Source: a virus. Taken from it: a stretch of DNA of 64,000 nucleotides. Shown piece by piece: positions 9,558 through 18,599 of this stretch. The stretch is from IMG/VR virus record IMGVR_UViG_3300036792_000176, positions 1-64,000 of that record, one strand, 5' to 3'. Position numbers and translations under genes: made by a program. Within the stretch, counting starts at the first letter, position 1. Every line of letters begins with the position of its first letter. The notes under the pieces are model-generated. The model was given only the letters and a program-made list of their open reading frames with translations. It had not been told where the DNA came from and did no database searches.

Positions 9558-10972
9558 AAAGCCACGAAGCTCCTGTATAGCGCGCGGATGCCGAAGTCTC
9601 GGTCGGCAATTACGTACCTCATTGCGTCGCAGCCGTCGTCGTCAACCTTGGACGGCTCCTCCTTGCCCTTATCGGACCACACGTAGCCAGGGATCTCCTC
9701 CAGCGTGCACGTAGGCCGTGAGCCCTCGACAAGCTCAGGGTCGCGCTCCACCACAGCGTCGGCAAGGAGGTAGATCCGGGGCCGACCGTCACCCTCCGGC
9801 CGTAGCCGCCTCTGTATGGCCTCAATGCCCTCGGTCACCGCCTTATGCGCAGGCTGCACGGTCATCTCGATCTCGCGCTCGAGTACGGCACGACCCTCGG
9901 CATCGTGGTCCGCGACCACCGTAGTCGGCCTAGGCTCTAGCCACTCTCGCTCGCAGCCTTTGTCCCTGAGCAGAGTCTTGTCGTGATTGCATCCCGCCTT
10001 GCGGCAGGGGGCCACGATATCCATCATCTGCTGCGCATGCTGGTCGACAGTACGATGCGTGTGGTATATCTCTCGGTACAGGTACATCCGGCCATCCGGA
10101 TCCTCGCACCAGCTCTGGAGGACGAATGGGTGGACATATCCAAAGTCAACTGACCAGTAACGCGGCCAAGCGAATGGTATGCCGAATGCGTCTAGAGGTT
10201 CGTCAGGAGAATGGAGTGTTGCAAATGCATCGCGGGAGAGAACATGGAAGGCATTAGAAAACTCCTCGTAAATGACTCCCTCTGCAGCAACCCAATTGCC
10301 TCGTCGTAGTCTCTGATAACGAACACCGGTGAGATTGTCAAGCTTGGAGATGTAGTCTCTTCCTCGCTCTGTGATCTTCCCGGTGCCGTCGAAGAGGATG
10401 GGGTTGTCTTCATGCCTGCTCTCCAGCATAACCGTACGGCCGTCGTCACAGCGGCGCTTCAGCCAGTGTGTCGGGAAAGATGGGTTGCAGTCAGCCAGGA
10501 GCTGCTGGAAGCTAATCCTCCAGTTTCGGAGGCGAGTCGTGAGGCTCTCCCAGTCGTTCTCGCTTAGCTCCGTTGCCTCTTGCACATAGATAATGTCGTA
10601 CTCGGATGACATTATCTTGTCGATCTTGTCGAGACCGCCGATAGCGATCACGGACCCGTTTCGATACTTGTACTGAGGCGGCTCCTGAGCGGATCCCCCA
10701 TAGAACCATACCTCCCCAGAGTCGAGCGCTTCTCTCGCCACGAATCTCTGCCATGTAACAAGGGCGGTAGAGGACAGTGTAGTCGCAGTCTTGCGGCATA
10801 TCAGTCCGCGCATCCCAGGGTTTACCAAAGCCATCAAGTGGATCTTCTCGAGGCATGCTCGGCTCTTCCCGGTTCCGGCCGGTCCTGCTAGTAGCACCTC
10901 GGCATCGCGTGCCTTCATTGCAACGCGGCAGGCTTTACGCGGCCCGTACCTGTGCACAGCCTGGGTAGGCAT
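9527..10972 (-). CDS. terL: Terminase large subunit
   Basis: Walker A GPAGTGKS, Walker B-like IIYVQEATE, CNP...HWL, nuclease SVDFGY..P, and DD.CDA.RY. Confidence 0.93.
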   Translation of the reverse strand: MPTQAVHRYGPRKACRVAMKARDAEVLLAGPAGTGKSRACLEKIHLMALVNPGMRGLICRKTATTLSSTALVTWQRFVAREALDSGEVWFYGGSAQEPPQYKYRNGSVIAIGGLDKIDKIMSSEYDIIYVQEATELSENDWESLTTRLRNWRISFQQLLADCNPSFPTHWLKRRCDDGRTVMLESRHEDNPILFDGTGKITERGRDYISKLDNLTGVRYQRLRRGNWVAAEGVIYEEFSNAFHVLSRDAFATLHSPDEPLDAFGIPFAWPRYWSVDFGYVHPFVLQSWCEDPDGRMYLYREIYHTHRTVDQHAQQMMDIVAPCRKAGCNHDKTLLRDKGCEREWLEPRPTTVVADHDAEGRAVLEREIEMTVQPAHKAVTEGIEAIQRRLRPEGDGRPRIYLLADAVVERDPELVEGSRPTCTLEEIPGYVWSDKGKEEPSKVDDDGCDAMRYVIADRDFGIRALYRSFVALWPTFRTKHK

Positions 10973-11304
10973 TAGATCTGCCTCCAGACATTACCACGGT
11001 CCAGATATCCGTGCCAGTAATACCCCTCGGCCGCTACGCCACAGCCGATAGACGCGCGCACCTCAACAGACCCGTCCTCGAACTCCTCGAACGTCCATGG
11101 TGGCTCGTACACTGCATGGAGACCACTACCCTGGTCCTTGTGGTCGTACAGTGTTTCACCCCGGTGAATCGGAAGCAGGAACCATACAACCCGCCCCTCA
11201 TGTTCATCAGCCCCCAGCTGTATAGGGTGCGGACCGGAGTAATCGCCAGCCTGAGTTATATCGTCGAGCGTCGGTACGCGCCGAGCCGGAGTGAGGGTAA
11301 CCAT
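10972..11304 (-). CDS. Hypothetical protein (W.F...DGS....SI...WHGYL..G.W; DUF6527-like)
   Basis: C-terminal motif resemblance only. Confidence 0.45.
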   Translation of the reverse strand: MVTLTPARRVPTLDDITQAGDYSGPHPIQLGADEHEGRVVWFLLPIHRGETLYDHKDQGSGLHAVYEPPWTFEEFEDGSVEVRASIGCGVAAEGYYWHGYLDRGNVWRQI

Positions 11305-11621
11305 GTAACGGGCACCGAGATGGGTTTCAGGTGCTCGTTGATGTAGTCGCGTAGGGTCTCGTTACGGTAGTCGGCGGTCTGGACTTCCCTGCATCGATTT
11401 ATGCCATCAACGCTCGGATCGAACACATGACTGCCGCAGCACATTATGCAACGAACCTCGATGTGGCTCGCCACGAATGCCTGCATGCTATCCTTTACCT
11501 CGCCAGCAACGCCAAGATCGTCCATTGGGCCGTACGCCATGCACATGTCATGCATGGCACAGTCGTCTGCGACTACGCACTGCTGGAAGAAGTAGCAGTC
11601 ACCGTGCTCTTTTCCCATCAT
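11256..11621 (-). CDS. Cys-rich hypothetical protein
   Basis: ORF coupled to upstream gene. Confidence 0.45.
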   Translation of the reverse strand: MMGKEHGDCYFFQQCVVADDCAMHDMCMAYGPMDDLGVAGEVKDSMQAFVASHIEVRCIMCCGSHVFDPSVDGINRCREVQTADYRNETLRDYINEHLKPISVPVTWLPSLRLGAYRRSTI

Positions 11622-12013
11622 ACCGCCACCTCCGATGTGCTCCGGAAGATGGCTGAAACGTACGAGTCATCGCAGGCCGCGAGGCGCTGGAGTACGCGCT
11701 GCCGGGTATGCCCCAGAACGCCCTCGCGCATCATAGCGTCCTCGATGGCTAGCGCTAGCGGGCCGATGATCGGAGGCGGTAGCTGTACCACTGGCCGATT
11801 CAGGGCGTCACCGTTACCCTGCCGAGCAAGGTAGGCCGGCAGACACCGCGGGCACATGAGAGCCTGCTGGGTCCCTCTGGTCTTCAGAACCCAGTCCTTG
11901 TTGTGGCCCTCGCAGAATGCGAATTCAGACTGCTCAACAGAGCACTGATGGATCCTGACAGCCTTCTGCTTGCATTTCGGCGTATCGCACCAGACGCCAT
12001 CCTCGGTCCTCAC
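11618..12013 (-). CDS. Cys-rich (Zn-binding) hypothetical protein
   Basis: CxxxxC, FCxxH, CxxC motifs; GTGA/ATGA coupling. Confidence 0.5.
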   Translation of the reverse strand: MRTEDGVWCDTPKCKQKAVRIHQCSVEQSEFAFCEGHNKDWVLKTRGTQQALMCPRCLPAYLARQGNGDALNRPVVQLPPPIIGPLALAIEDAMMREGVLGHTRQRVLQRLAACDDSYVSAIFRSTSEVAV

Positions 12014-12300
12014 GCGACACCTCCGCTGGCACTGCCGGGCTTGGCCAGCTTCTTGCTGCTAGCCTGAGCCTTGCGCTTCTCATCAAGCCAGCGGCCGAAG
12101 TCTGCCTGTAGATCGGGCGGGATCTTGTATAGGTTCACGTGCGCCACGATGGACCCGACAACACCGGATATCACGCCGCCCAGCGATGCGCTCACGTACG
12201 CGGGCATGGCGCCATGGAACAGATATGTCTGAATGGCCCATACGGCTACGCTCGTACCGGCGATGACCAGCCCGGATGCGGCCTGCGTTCCCGCCGCCAT
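12010..12300 (-). CDS. Two-TM membrane protein (holin-like)
   Basis: Two hydrophobic helices followed by a charged tail. Confidence 0.5.
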   Translation of the reverse strand: MAAGTQAASGLVIAGTSVAVWAIQTYLFHGAMPAYVSASLGGVISGVVGSIVAHVNLYKIPPDLQADFGRWLDEKRKAQASSKKLAKPGSASGGVA

Positions 12301-12953
12301 CAGTCGTCCATCCAGTCATCGTCCGGGAAGTCGCGGCCGGAAAGCCACTCGTACACGACTTCCGATACAACCTGCCTGGCATTGCCGAGCCACGCCACAA
12401 CCCGATCCCATGCCCTGTCGAACAGAGTCGGCGGGATAACCGGCTTCGGCTTGAACGTGTCATGCGGCAGCTCGAATGCGTCGAGGACGCTTTTCTCGAA
12501 CTGAGCCTTCAGATCATCGAGCATGCCAGGAGGTACGAGGAATCCATCCTGAGCCGGGATTATGCCGCCAGGCTGTGGCCCCATCACATCGGAGTAGCGC
12601 GCGGCTATGTAGCTCTGTGCAGCGACATACGGGCCATCCTTGGACTCGTGCCATTTCCTACGCCACTCTTCGAGGGACTTGTCGCTGGCATCGTAGTCGA
12701 ATGGAAGGAAAGATGATGGCTGTGGCGGGGTGTACTGGATGGCACCGACACCATCAGGGAACCAGCTGTGTCCGAACAGAAGGCCAGGCTCGTCCTTCTG
12801 GCGGGCGTCCTCGCCCTGGATATTGGCCGCTACCTTGCCCCAGCCGCCCGATGCGTAGTAGTCGATGACAGACTGTACCCTCTCGGAGGGGGTCTGGTTT
12901 GGTAGCTTCAGGTCTAGCAGATTCTCTCTGCCCTGCTCGTGATCTCGGTTCAC
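12300..12953 (-). CDS. Hypothetical protein
   Basis: 217-aa ORF, translationally coupled on both sides. Confidence 0.55.
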   Translation of the reverse strand: MNRDHEQGRENLLDLKLPNQTPSERVQSVIDYYASGGWGKVAANIQGEDARQKDEPGLLFGHSWFPDGVGAIQYTPPQPSSFLPFDYDASDKSLEEWRRKWHESKDGPYVAAQSYIAARYSDVMGPQPGGIIPAQDGFLVPPGMLDDLKAQFEKSVLDAFELPHDTFKPKPVIPPTLFDRAWDRVVAWLGNARQVVSEVVYEWLSGRDFPDDDWMDD

Positions 12954-13870
12954 GTTAGCGCCTCGATGATGTCGTTGCCGTCGTCCTGCTCGATGACGTA
13001 TCGAACAGTGTTCTTGTCCATATCCTCGTCCTGCTTCGCCTTGCTCGGAGCGAGCTCGTCGCTAACAGCCTTGAGGATGGATAGCTTGGCCCGAAGGAGG
13101 GCCTGATGGCGTCGGGATCCGATCACCATGTTCTTGTCGTCCTCGTTCTGGGCGCGCCAGTTCTTGCGCATTTCCTCAACGACGAGGTCAATGTCCTCGT
13201 AATCGCCCTGCAGCTCGGCGATACGGTTGACGCGCTTGCTGATCCACAGACCGCCGGACTCAACGGCAACCTGCCCCTGAAGCGCCGAGCGGACCTCTGC
13301 GATATCCTCGGCATACGTCTCTGCGAAGTCTCTGATGAACTCGGGGTGTACGCCAACGGACTTCGCGATAGCATCGTGAGACCACTCACCCATGGCAAGA
13401 TCGCGCATGAGGGCCATCCTCGCCCGCCCGCGATATAGCTGGGTCGGGTCGAGTACGCGCCGCTGGATCTTGGGAGGCTCTTCGGCGCTGTCCTCGGCGT
13501 CTTCCACGTCGTCAGGGATGGCATCGGCAAGATCTGCCATGCTCTCCCCGGATGACTCTAGGTCATCGATGTCCACAAGGGGATTGGCTATCCTCGGCGG
13601 CCTCTGGGCCTTGTGGCCGTCCATCGTGTGGAGACCCATGTCGTCGTCATCGCGCGGCGCGCGGCGCTTACGACGGGAGGCTGGAGGGACAGGGGCGTCG
13701 GATTCGACAGGGGCCGAGAATCCCGAGTCGTCGTCCTGGCCGTCCGGCGAGGGAACGGAGGTCTTAGCTGGCCTTTTGGAACTGGTTCGGGTTGTCCGTC
13801 CTCCACGGGCTTCCGTACTGCGCGCTCCGGCTGGCTTTCTGACTCTCCGCTCCGATGCCTCCTCAGCCAT
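12950..13870 (-). CDS. Candidate terminase small subunit
   Basis: Disordered N-terminus, HTH-like SHDAIAKSVGVHPEFIRDF, coiled coil; first gene of the packaging operon. Confidence 0.5.
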   Translation of the reverse strand: MAEEASERRVRKPAGARSTEARGGRTTRTSSKRPAKTSVPSPDGQDDDSGFSAPVESDAPVPPASRRKRRAPRDDDDMGLHTMDGHKAQRPPRIANPLVDIDDLESSGESMADLADAIPDDVEDAEDSAEEPPKIQRRVLDPTQLYRGRARMALMRDLAMGEWSHDAIAKSVGVHPEFIRDFAETYAEDIAEVRSALQGQVAVESGGLWISKRVNRIAELQGDYEDIDLVVEEMRKNWRAQNEDDKNMVIGSRRHQALLRAKLSILKAVSDELAPSKAKQDEDMDKNTVRYVIEQDDGNDIIEALT

Positions 13871-13909
13871 TTTGCCACCTGTCCCTGAATCCAGCCATCC
13901 TCAGGCACA

Positions 13910-13938
13910 AGTATAGGGCCCAGACAACCCCCGGTAAA
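13910..13938 (-). promoter_or_regulatory. Putative promoter of packaging/head operon
   Basis: TTTACC-N17-TATACT on minus strand, ~40 nt upstream of ATG 13870. Confidence 0.5.
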
Positions 13939-14017
13939 GCGGTTCCGGATAAATCTGTCTTTCTCGGGGGTACCTAGGCGCTTTTCTGGCGGTATCTGCG
14001 CACTTCAGGGCGTTATT

Positions 14018-14072
14018 TAGCCCAGAAAAGCGTATTTCGCCCCGGTATTGGTGCATACGCTTTTCTGGGCTA
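14018..14072. repeat. 18-bp perfect inverted repeat
   Basis: TAGCCCAGAAAAGCGTAT ... ATACGCTTTTCTGGGCTA; partial third copy at 13978-13990. Confidence 0.85.
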
Positions 14073-14099
14073 TTTACTGCATATTGCTATATTCGGATA

Positions 14100-14672
14100 T
14101 TACCGGGTTCTGGCGAAATATCCCGGTCCTTTTAGGGTCGGGACAGAATTGCCGTTGCTCTGGGACAGGCCGAACAGCGTCTCGGCATTGTCGGCGGTGT
14201 ACGAAGGCTGGTACCACACCTGCATCTTGGTTCCGTCGTTCACGCTGTCGTTGACCCGGTCCATGAACATGCCGTTCAAGTCGGCTAGCCCGTAGCCCTG
14301 CGAAGACGGAAAGTTTTCAGCCTGGAACGAATTCCAGATCTGGCTGGCATCACCGTTGCACGTCCAGATCTGAAGCCGGAGTCCGTCCGAGGTCCCGGTC
14401 CCGTCGACGCACTTGCCGTTTTGCATGCGGATCTCGTATCCGCCGGTCACGGGTATCGCCACGAACTCCTGGTTGGCGTTATCCAGGCATGACCACTCCT
14501 GGAGCTGTGTACCGTCATCAGTGCTGTTGAATGGGTCGTCGATACAGTGATCGGTGTTCTGCGAGAAGTAGATGGAGGAGTAGTTAGTCGCATACGCCGG
14601 GCTAGCCAGGACGATCGGGGCAGCTAGAGCGGCCACGCCGATGAACGACATGCAGGCACTTATCTTCTTCAC
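14100..14672 (-). CDS. Secreted ricin B (beta-trefoil) lectin domain protein
   Basis: GTG start with AAGGAG RBS; signal peptide ending AYA; C.D...Q.W.C...NQ.F / QxW repeats. Confidence 0.85.
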   Translation of the reverse strand: MKKISACMSFIGVAALAAPIVLASPAYATNYSSIYFSQNTDHCIDDPFNSTDDGTQLQEWSCLDNANQEFVAIPVTGGYEIRMQNGKCVDGTGTSDGLRLQIWTCNGDASQIWNSFQAENFPSSQGYGLADLNGMFMDRVNDSVNDGTKMQVWYQPSYTADNAETLFGLSQSNGNSVPTLKGPGYFARTR

Positions 14673-14724
14673 TGGATCTCCTTTTCTATGCCGAGTATCG
14701 ATTTGTGCCATGGCCTCAGACGGC

Positions 14725-15192
14725 TCATGGCTCGAACTGCATGACACTAAGGTCGCCGACCGTGACCTTGTCTGTTCGCCTGTACATCTGCGATCCAGTA
14801 ACCTCGGAGTCGTCGTTATAGGTTGGCAGCATCATCGTCCCGCCAACCCAGTGCGACCTGGGGATAGCCATCTGGGTGCCATCCCAGTATCCGCCACTCA
14901 GGACGATATTGACACTCTCGCTCTTCGGATCGTCTATGCGGTGGTCTCGCTCTTCTATGCCCGCTAGTGCCCGCTCTTCCATCAGGTTTGGGCCAGCCCA
15001 CTGAGGAAAGTGCCCTTCTTCGAATACGAGCGTCAAGGTGCATGTTTTGCTGAGCCTTTTGGGCGCTGATGGATCAGGGTCTTCCATCACTCCCCGTGAT
15101 ACGCTTATGGTCGTGATCTTATCGTCGTCGAATACCAGTGACATACCGTCTGCTATCTTCGGGGTGATACGTATCTCGGTCATCAGTACCAC
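14725..15192 (-). CDS. Hypothetical protein
   Basis: ORF in minus-strand operon. Confidence 0.5.
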   Translation of the reverse strand: MVLMTEIRITPKIADGMSLVFDDDKITTISVSRGVMEDPDPSAPKRLSKTCTLTLVFEEGHFPQWAGPNLMEERALAGIEERDHRIDDPKSESVNIVLSGGYWDGTQMAIPRSHWVGGTMMLPTYNDDSEVTGSQMYRRTDKVTVGDLSVMQFEP

Positions 15193-15806
15193 GTCACCCC
15201 TCGGCCCTCGATGCGACCCTTCAGTATGCGATCTGGAGGAGGGGTGACTGGCAGATTCGACTCTGGCGCGTACTCGCCGCCTCCGCCAACATGCCCGTGA
15301 GATGATCGGAGAGGGCCAGCAACAGCAGCAGCAGCAGCACTTCCCTGGCCGCCCAGCCCCGGCTCCGGGCCAGCGAACCTGAAGCCGCCCCCCTGGCCTC
15401 CTGCGCCGTATGTGTCATTGTGGTCTGTGTAGATTGGGACAGGGTCGCCGATGGCGTTCAGGATCTGGTGCGCCAGCTCGCGGGCCTCCTTGTGCGATAT
15501 AGTAGTCTCCACGATAACCCTGCGATCGTCTGCCTCGTGGATAGACTCTGCGATCTCCTTTTCAGCCCACCAGCTGATTTGCAGCAGACCCGGAGTCCCG
15601 CTCTTGAGCGAGCCGTGAGAGTATGAACACTGGGCCTTCCACTCGGCGCTGGCCATCTCGATGGCGAGGCGCTCTGCAATCTCTGGGAACCTTGCGGTGC
15701 TCGGGAGATCGTTCTTGATCTTCTCCTGGACCTTATGGAACACCTGCTCGTACGAGAGGTATCCATGAGCCGTGTCGATCTCATTTGCCTTCTGGTTGTC
15801 TGACAT
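15183..15806 (-). CDS. Hypothetical protein, paralog of 15849-16394
   Basis: Shared Y.SY..V....KI...P....P.I.E..A.E.A.AEW..QC.Y.H..L and ISW. Confidence 0.6.
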   Translation of the reverse strand: MSDNQKANEIDTAHGYLSYEQVFHKVQEKIKNDLPSTARFPEIAERLAIEMASAEWKAQCSYSHGSLKSGTPGLLQISWWAEKEIAESIHEADDRRVIVETTISHKEARELAHQILNAIGDPVPIYTDHNDTYGAGGQGGGFRFAGPEPGLGGQGSAAAAAVAGPLRSSHGHVGGGGEYAPESNLPVTPPPDRILKGRIEGRGVTWY

Positions 15807-15848
15807 CTTCTTCTCTCGGTAGTCTGTGACTGGTGGGCGTCGTTGCCG

Positions 15849-16394
15849 CTAGTATAGCGGGTGATCTTGCTGCAGGTTGGGGGTTTCCGAATACCCGTTC
15901 TCTGCCGGCTCTGGGGATGTCAGCCCTACCTCGCGGATTCGTGCCTTTGCTGCCTTGTTGAGCACCTCGCGAGGGTCTTTGCGTTCTTGTCTTTCCGCGA
16001 GGAGGAAGCTCTCGTCCTTGCCGTTGGGGCCGTGAGCTAGGGCGTCGTTGAGCTGTATGATCAGCTCCTTTATCTCTTTCCTATCGATATCGGTCCAGAA
16101 GAGGTAGTCTTCTTTCATCCCGTTCTGGTCTCGTACCGGCTGGGCGTTGTTCCAGCTTATCTTGACGAAGGGGTGGTAGTGCAGTCTGGCCTCTTCATCG
16201 AGCTCCGAGTGGTTGTAAGCGCACTGCTCGGCCCACTCGGCCTCTGCCAGCTCCATGGCCACCTTCTCCAGGATGTCCGGGGAGCTCTGTGCTGCGGCGG
16301 GGAATGTCTCCCCTATCTTCTTGCGGGCGTCCTGGAGCACCTCGCCGTACGTACGGTAGGGTGTCTGCGGTTTGTCTTCCTTATTCTCGGGCAT
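15849..16394 (-). CDS. Hypothetical protein, paralog of 15183-15806; probably leaderless mRNA
   Basis: ATG 6 nt downstream of a TATACT box. Confidence 0.65.
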   Translation of the reverse strand: MPENKEDKPQTPYRTYGEVLQDARKKIGETFPAAAQSSPDILEKVAMELAEAEWAEQCAYNHSELDEEARLHYHPFVKISWNNAQPVRDQNGMKEDYLFWTDIDRKEIKELIIQLNDALAHGPNGKDESFLLAERQERKDPREVLNKAAKARIREVGLTSPEPAENGYSETPNLQQDHPLY

Positions 16395-16400
16395 GCGCGA

Positions 16401-16430
16401 AGTATAGCGCGCGGGAACGGGCTTCCGCTA
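16401..16430 (-). promoter_or_regulatory. TAGC-class promoter (leftward)
   Basis: TAGCGG-N18-TATACT-N6-ATG. Confidence 0.75.
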
Positions 16431-16582
16431 CCCTCTCGCGTATATGCAGTCTCCTGGATTCTGTTTCCAGGGTGTCCGCTATATACGGGATTCCGTGTGT
16501 ATCTGTTTGTATCCATCTTATATCTCCGAGGTATAATAAGAGGGTAAAGTCCGGGTCCATCAAACAAGGAGCAAGGGTCACA

Positions 16583-16846
16583 ATGGAAATTCCTGACAAG
16601 TTCTATCGGCAGTCCGATCCGACGCCGCCTAAGCAGCCGCTTCGCATCTTCGGGGACCACCCCAACTCGTTTGCGATAACGTGGCTGTTCTACGCATTCG
16701 TGATCTTCTGGCCATTCATCTTCTTCCACGGAGTTGCACTGGTTATAGTGCAGACTTCGTGGATCGTGTTCATCCTGGCTGTGCTCATCGTGCGCCACAT
16801 CGTGCTGACGATCAGGGACGGTGCGTGGACCAAGTTATCCATGTAG
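16583..16846 (+). CDS. Small two-TM membrane protein
   Basis: AAGGAG RBS, TATAAT upstream (~16533), hydrophobic helices. Confidence 0.65.
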   Translation: MEIPDKFYRQSDPTPPKQPLRIFGDHPNSFAITWLFYAFVIFWPFIFFHGVALVIVQTSWIVFILAVLIVRHIVLTIRDGAWTKLSM

Positions 16847-16874
16847 CCAATTTCGCCTCCCGCCGCTGGCGGTA

Positions 16875-16904
16875 AAAGCCCACTCGTGGAAACGGGTGGG
16901 CTTT
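16875..16904. terminator. Intrinsic terminator (possibly bidirectional)
   Basis: AAAGCCCACTCGT-GGAA-ACGGGTGGGCTTT. Confidence 0.75.
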
Positions 16905-17034
16905 GCCATTGGCTCGCATCGCCATTTTCGTCGCTGATGTTACTGGCGGCAGGAATGCAGTTTGCTGGAAAGTGATTTTTACATCTCCAGTAGAAATAAG
17001 TATCCAGGAGCGCTAGCGCTGTTCTTCCAGACAA

Positions 17035-17225
17035 TATGGTAACCATAATACTTGTATACCATGATGTTAACCACGGTTAACGACTGGTCAGGGTTAGGAC
17101 AGATCCCTTGGTAGCCATAATGTTAACCAACCTACCGAGTCTGTGTCAGCGATACCTTGGTAGCCATAATGGTAGCGAAACTACCGAGTCTCTGTCGGGC
17201 CGAACACTTGGTAGCCAAGGTAACC
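17035..17225. repeat. ~50-bp periodic direct repeats
   Basis: CTTGGTAGCCA at 17107, 17156 and 17207; first two units also share TAAT and CTACCGAGTCT.TGTC; degenerate TGGTAACCATAAT at ~17037. Confidence 0.85.
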
Positions 17226-17297
17226 AGGAGCAACTGGTGACTACGTAAAGTTACAGTGTAACGTTACCATTTCGTTACCCAAAAAGGCCGGTAAGGG

Positions 17298-17326
17298 TAG
17301 CGCCTAGGGGCCCTAGGCGCTATACT
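17298..17326 (+). promoter_or_regulatory. TAGC-class promoter, probable major early promoter
   Basis: TAGCGC-N17-TATACT; shares CCTAGGCGCTATACTTA with the promoter at 21157. Confidence 0.8.
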
Positions 17327-17498
17327 TAAGCTATAGCCCGCCGGTAAGGGGGCGGTAGGGCCCCCGGGCCCGGGGCCCCGCGCCTAGCGCGCGGGGGCCC
17401 GGTCCGGCCCGGGGGCCCGGGGGTAAAGGCCGGTAGGCGCGTACCCCTAGCTAAAAATGAAAGGCCCGGGTACTGCCGGGTAGGGCTTGGTTGCCTAC

Positions 17499-17516
17499 GC
17501 TACTTGAGAACTGAAT
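17499..17516 (+). promoter_or_regulatory. boxA-like antitermination element
   Basis: GCTACTTGAGAACTGAAT resembles the actinobacterial rrn boxA (TTGAGAACTCAA-type). Confidence 0.55.
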
Positions 17517-17519
17517 TTA

Positions 17520-17735
17520 TGACGCCCGTGCTGACGGGCCGGAGTACGGAACCGCGTAGGGAGAGGACTCTACGTAGGCCGTTAATGCCGGGGGACGCCT
17601 AGGTAAACGACTAGGACCCTACCTTTGTATAACCGTAAGTGGGAGTGTTGTGGCGCTCCCGCCCCTACGGTTACCGTGAGGCTAGGCCGATGAATATGGT
17701 AACGGGCTAGCCTACGCGGGTACCGTACGGTACGA
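17520..17735 (+). ncRNA. Highly structured 5' leader / candidate ncRNA
   Basis: Serial stems GCCCGT/ACGGGC, CGTAGGG/CTCTACG, CCTAG/CTAGG, TAACCGTA/TACGGTTA, AGGCTAG/CTAGCCT; no credible ORF. Confidence 0.45.
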
Positions 17736-17760
17736 AAAACCCTTCAAAAGGAGAATTACA

Positions 17761-18156
17761 ATGGGTACCACCGCTCCGAAGACCTCCCCCGCCCCTGCTG
17801 ACGCCCCGGCCCCCGACCTGACGGTCGTCCCGCCGCTGTCCGACGCTGAGGCTGCGCGCGCGGCGCTGAAGGCCGAGCTCGCCGCCGAGATTGAGGCGGA
17901 CCTGCGGGCGAAGCTGACCGCTGAGCTGACCCCGCGCTCCCCGGCCGTGAAGCGTGAGGCCAAAAAGGCGCTCGCCTCGGCGATGATCGCGGCGATGGGT
18001 GACGCCCTGAAGGCGCTGCCCGCCGACCACCCCGCTAACCTGGTCGGCTCGCCCGCTGAGCGCGACCAGATCGTCGCCCAGTGGGTTCACCACTTCCCGG
18101 CCGACCGTGAGACCTGGACCGACCACCTGCCCGCCCCGGTTCGCGCGGGCTGGTAA
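17761..18156 (+). CDS. First early protein; shares QW.HHFPA.R..W..HLP.P.R..W domain with 25940-26932
   Basis: AAGGAG RBS, strong codon bias, clear paralogy. Confidence 0.85.
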   Translation: MGTTAPKTSPAPADAPAPDLTVVPPLSDAEAARAALKAELAAEIEADLRAKLTAELTPRSPAVKREAKKALASAMIAAMGDALKALPADHPANLVGSPAERDQIVAQWVHHFPADRETWTDHLPAPVRAGW

Positions 18157-18234
18157 CTACCGGCGAGTCTGCCTGATCGCCGCCCCCGCCATATGGCGGA
18201 CGGGGGCGGCGGTCGGGTAGGTTACCACGGTAGG

Positions 18235-18263
18235 TAGCCTAAGTACAAAATGTAGGGTATGCT
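18235..18263 (+). promoter_or_regulatory. TAGC-class promoter
   Basis: TAGCCT-N17-TATGCT. Confidence 0.6.
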
Positions 18264-18300
18264 TGAACTGTAAGCTCGCCCCCGTCCGAAAGGTAAGAAA

Positions 18301-18507
18301 ATGTACTCCTCGCTTAACTCCGCCGCCGCTGACGCCGCTGAGATTGCGGTTGACGCCGTGATCGTGTCGGCTGACGCCGAGGGCCTGCTCTCCGACTCCG
18401 CTGTCGTCGGGTACCGCGCCTGGTACGCGGTGTACCTCGCTACCGGTAAGTTCGGCGTTGCTAACGCCGCTAGCTACTGGGCTCCCCGCTACTCCGCTGC
18501 TGAGTAG
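18301..18507 (+). CDS. Small early protein (no His/Gln; CA-free gene)
   Basis: GAAAGG RBS; ORF bounded by repeated intergenic elements. Confidence 0.75.
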   Translation: MYSSLNSAAADAAEIAVDAVIVSADAEGLLSDSAVVGYRAWYAVYLATGKFGVANAASYWAPRYSAAE

Positions 18508-18599
18508 CCTCCCGGCTAACCTGCCTGATCTCCCCGCCCCGTGCGGGGAGGTTGGGTAGGCTACCACGGTAGGTAGCTGTGAAATGAAAGGGGCCCACA

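Noticed and set aside
12500-12560. IPAQDGFLVPP resembling the capsid ADGGFLIPE motif
   Set aside because: Match too short; the rest of the ORF shows no capsid features.
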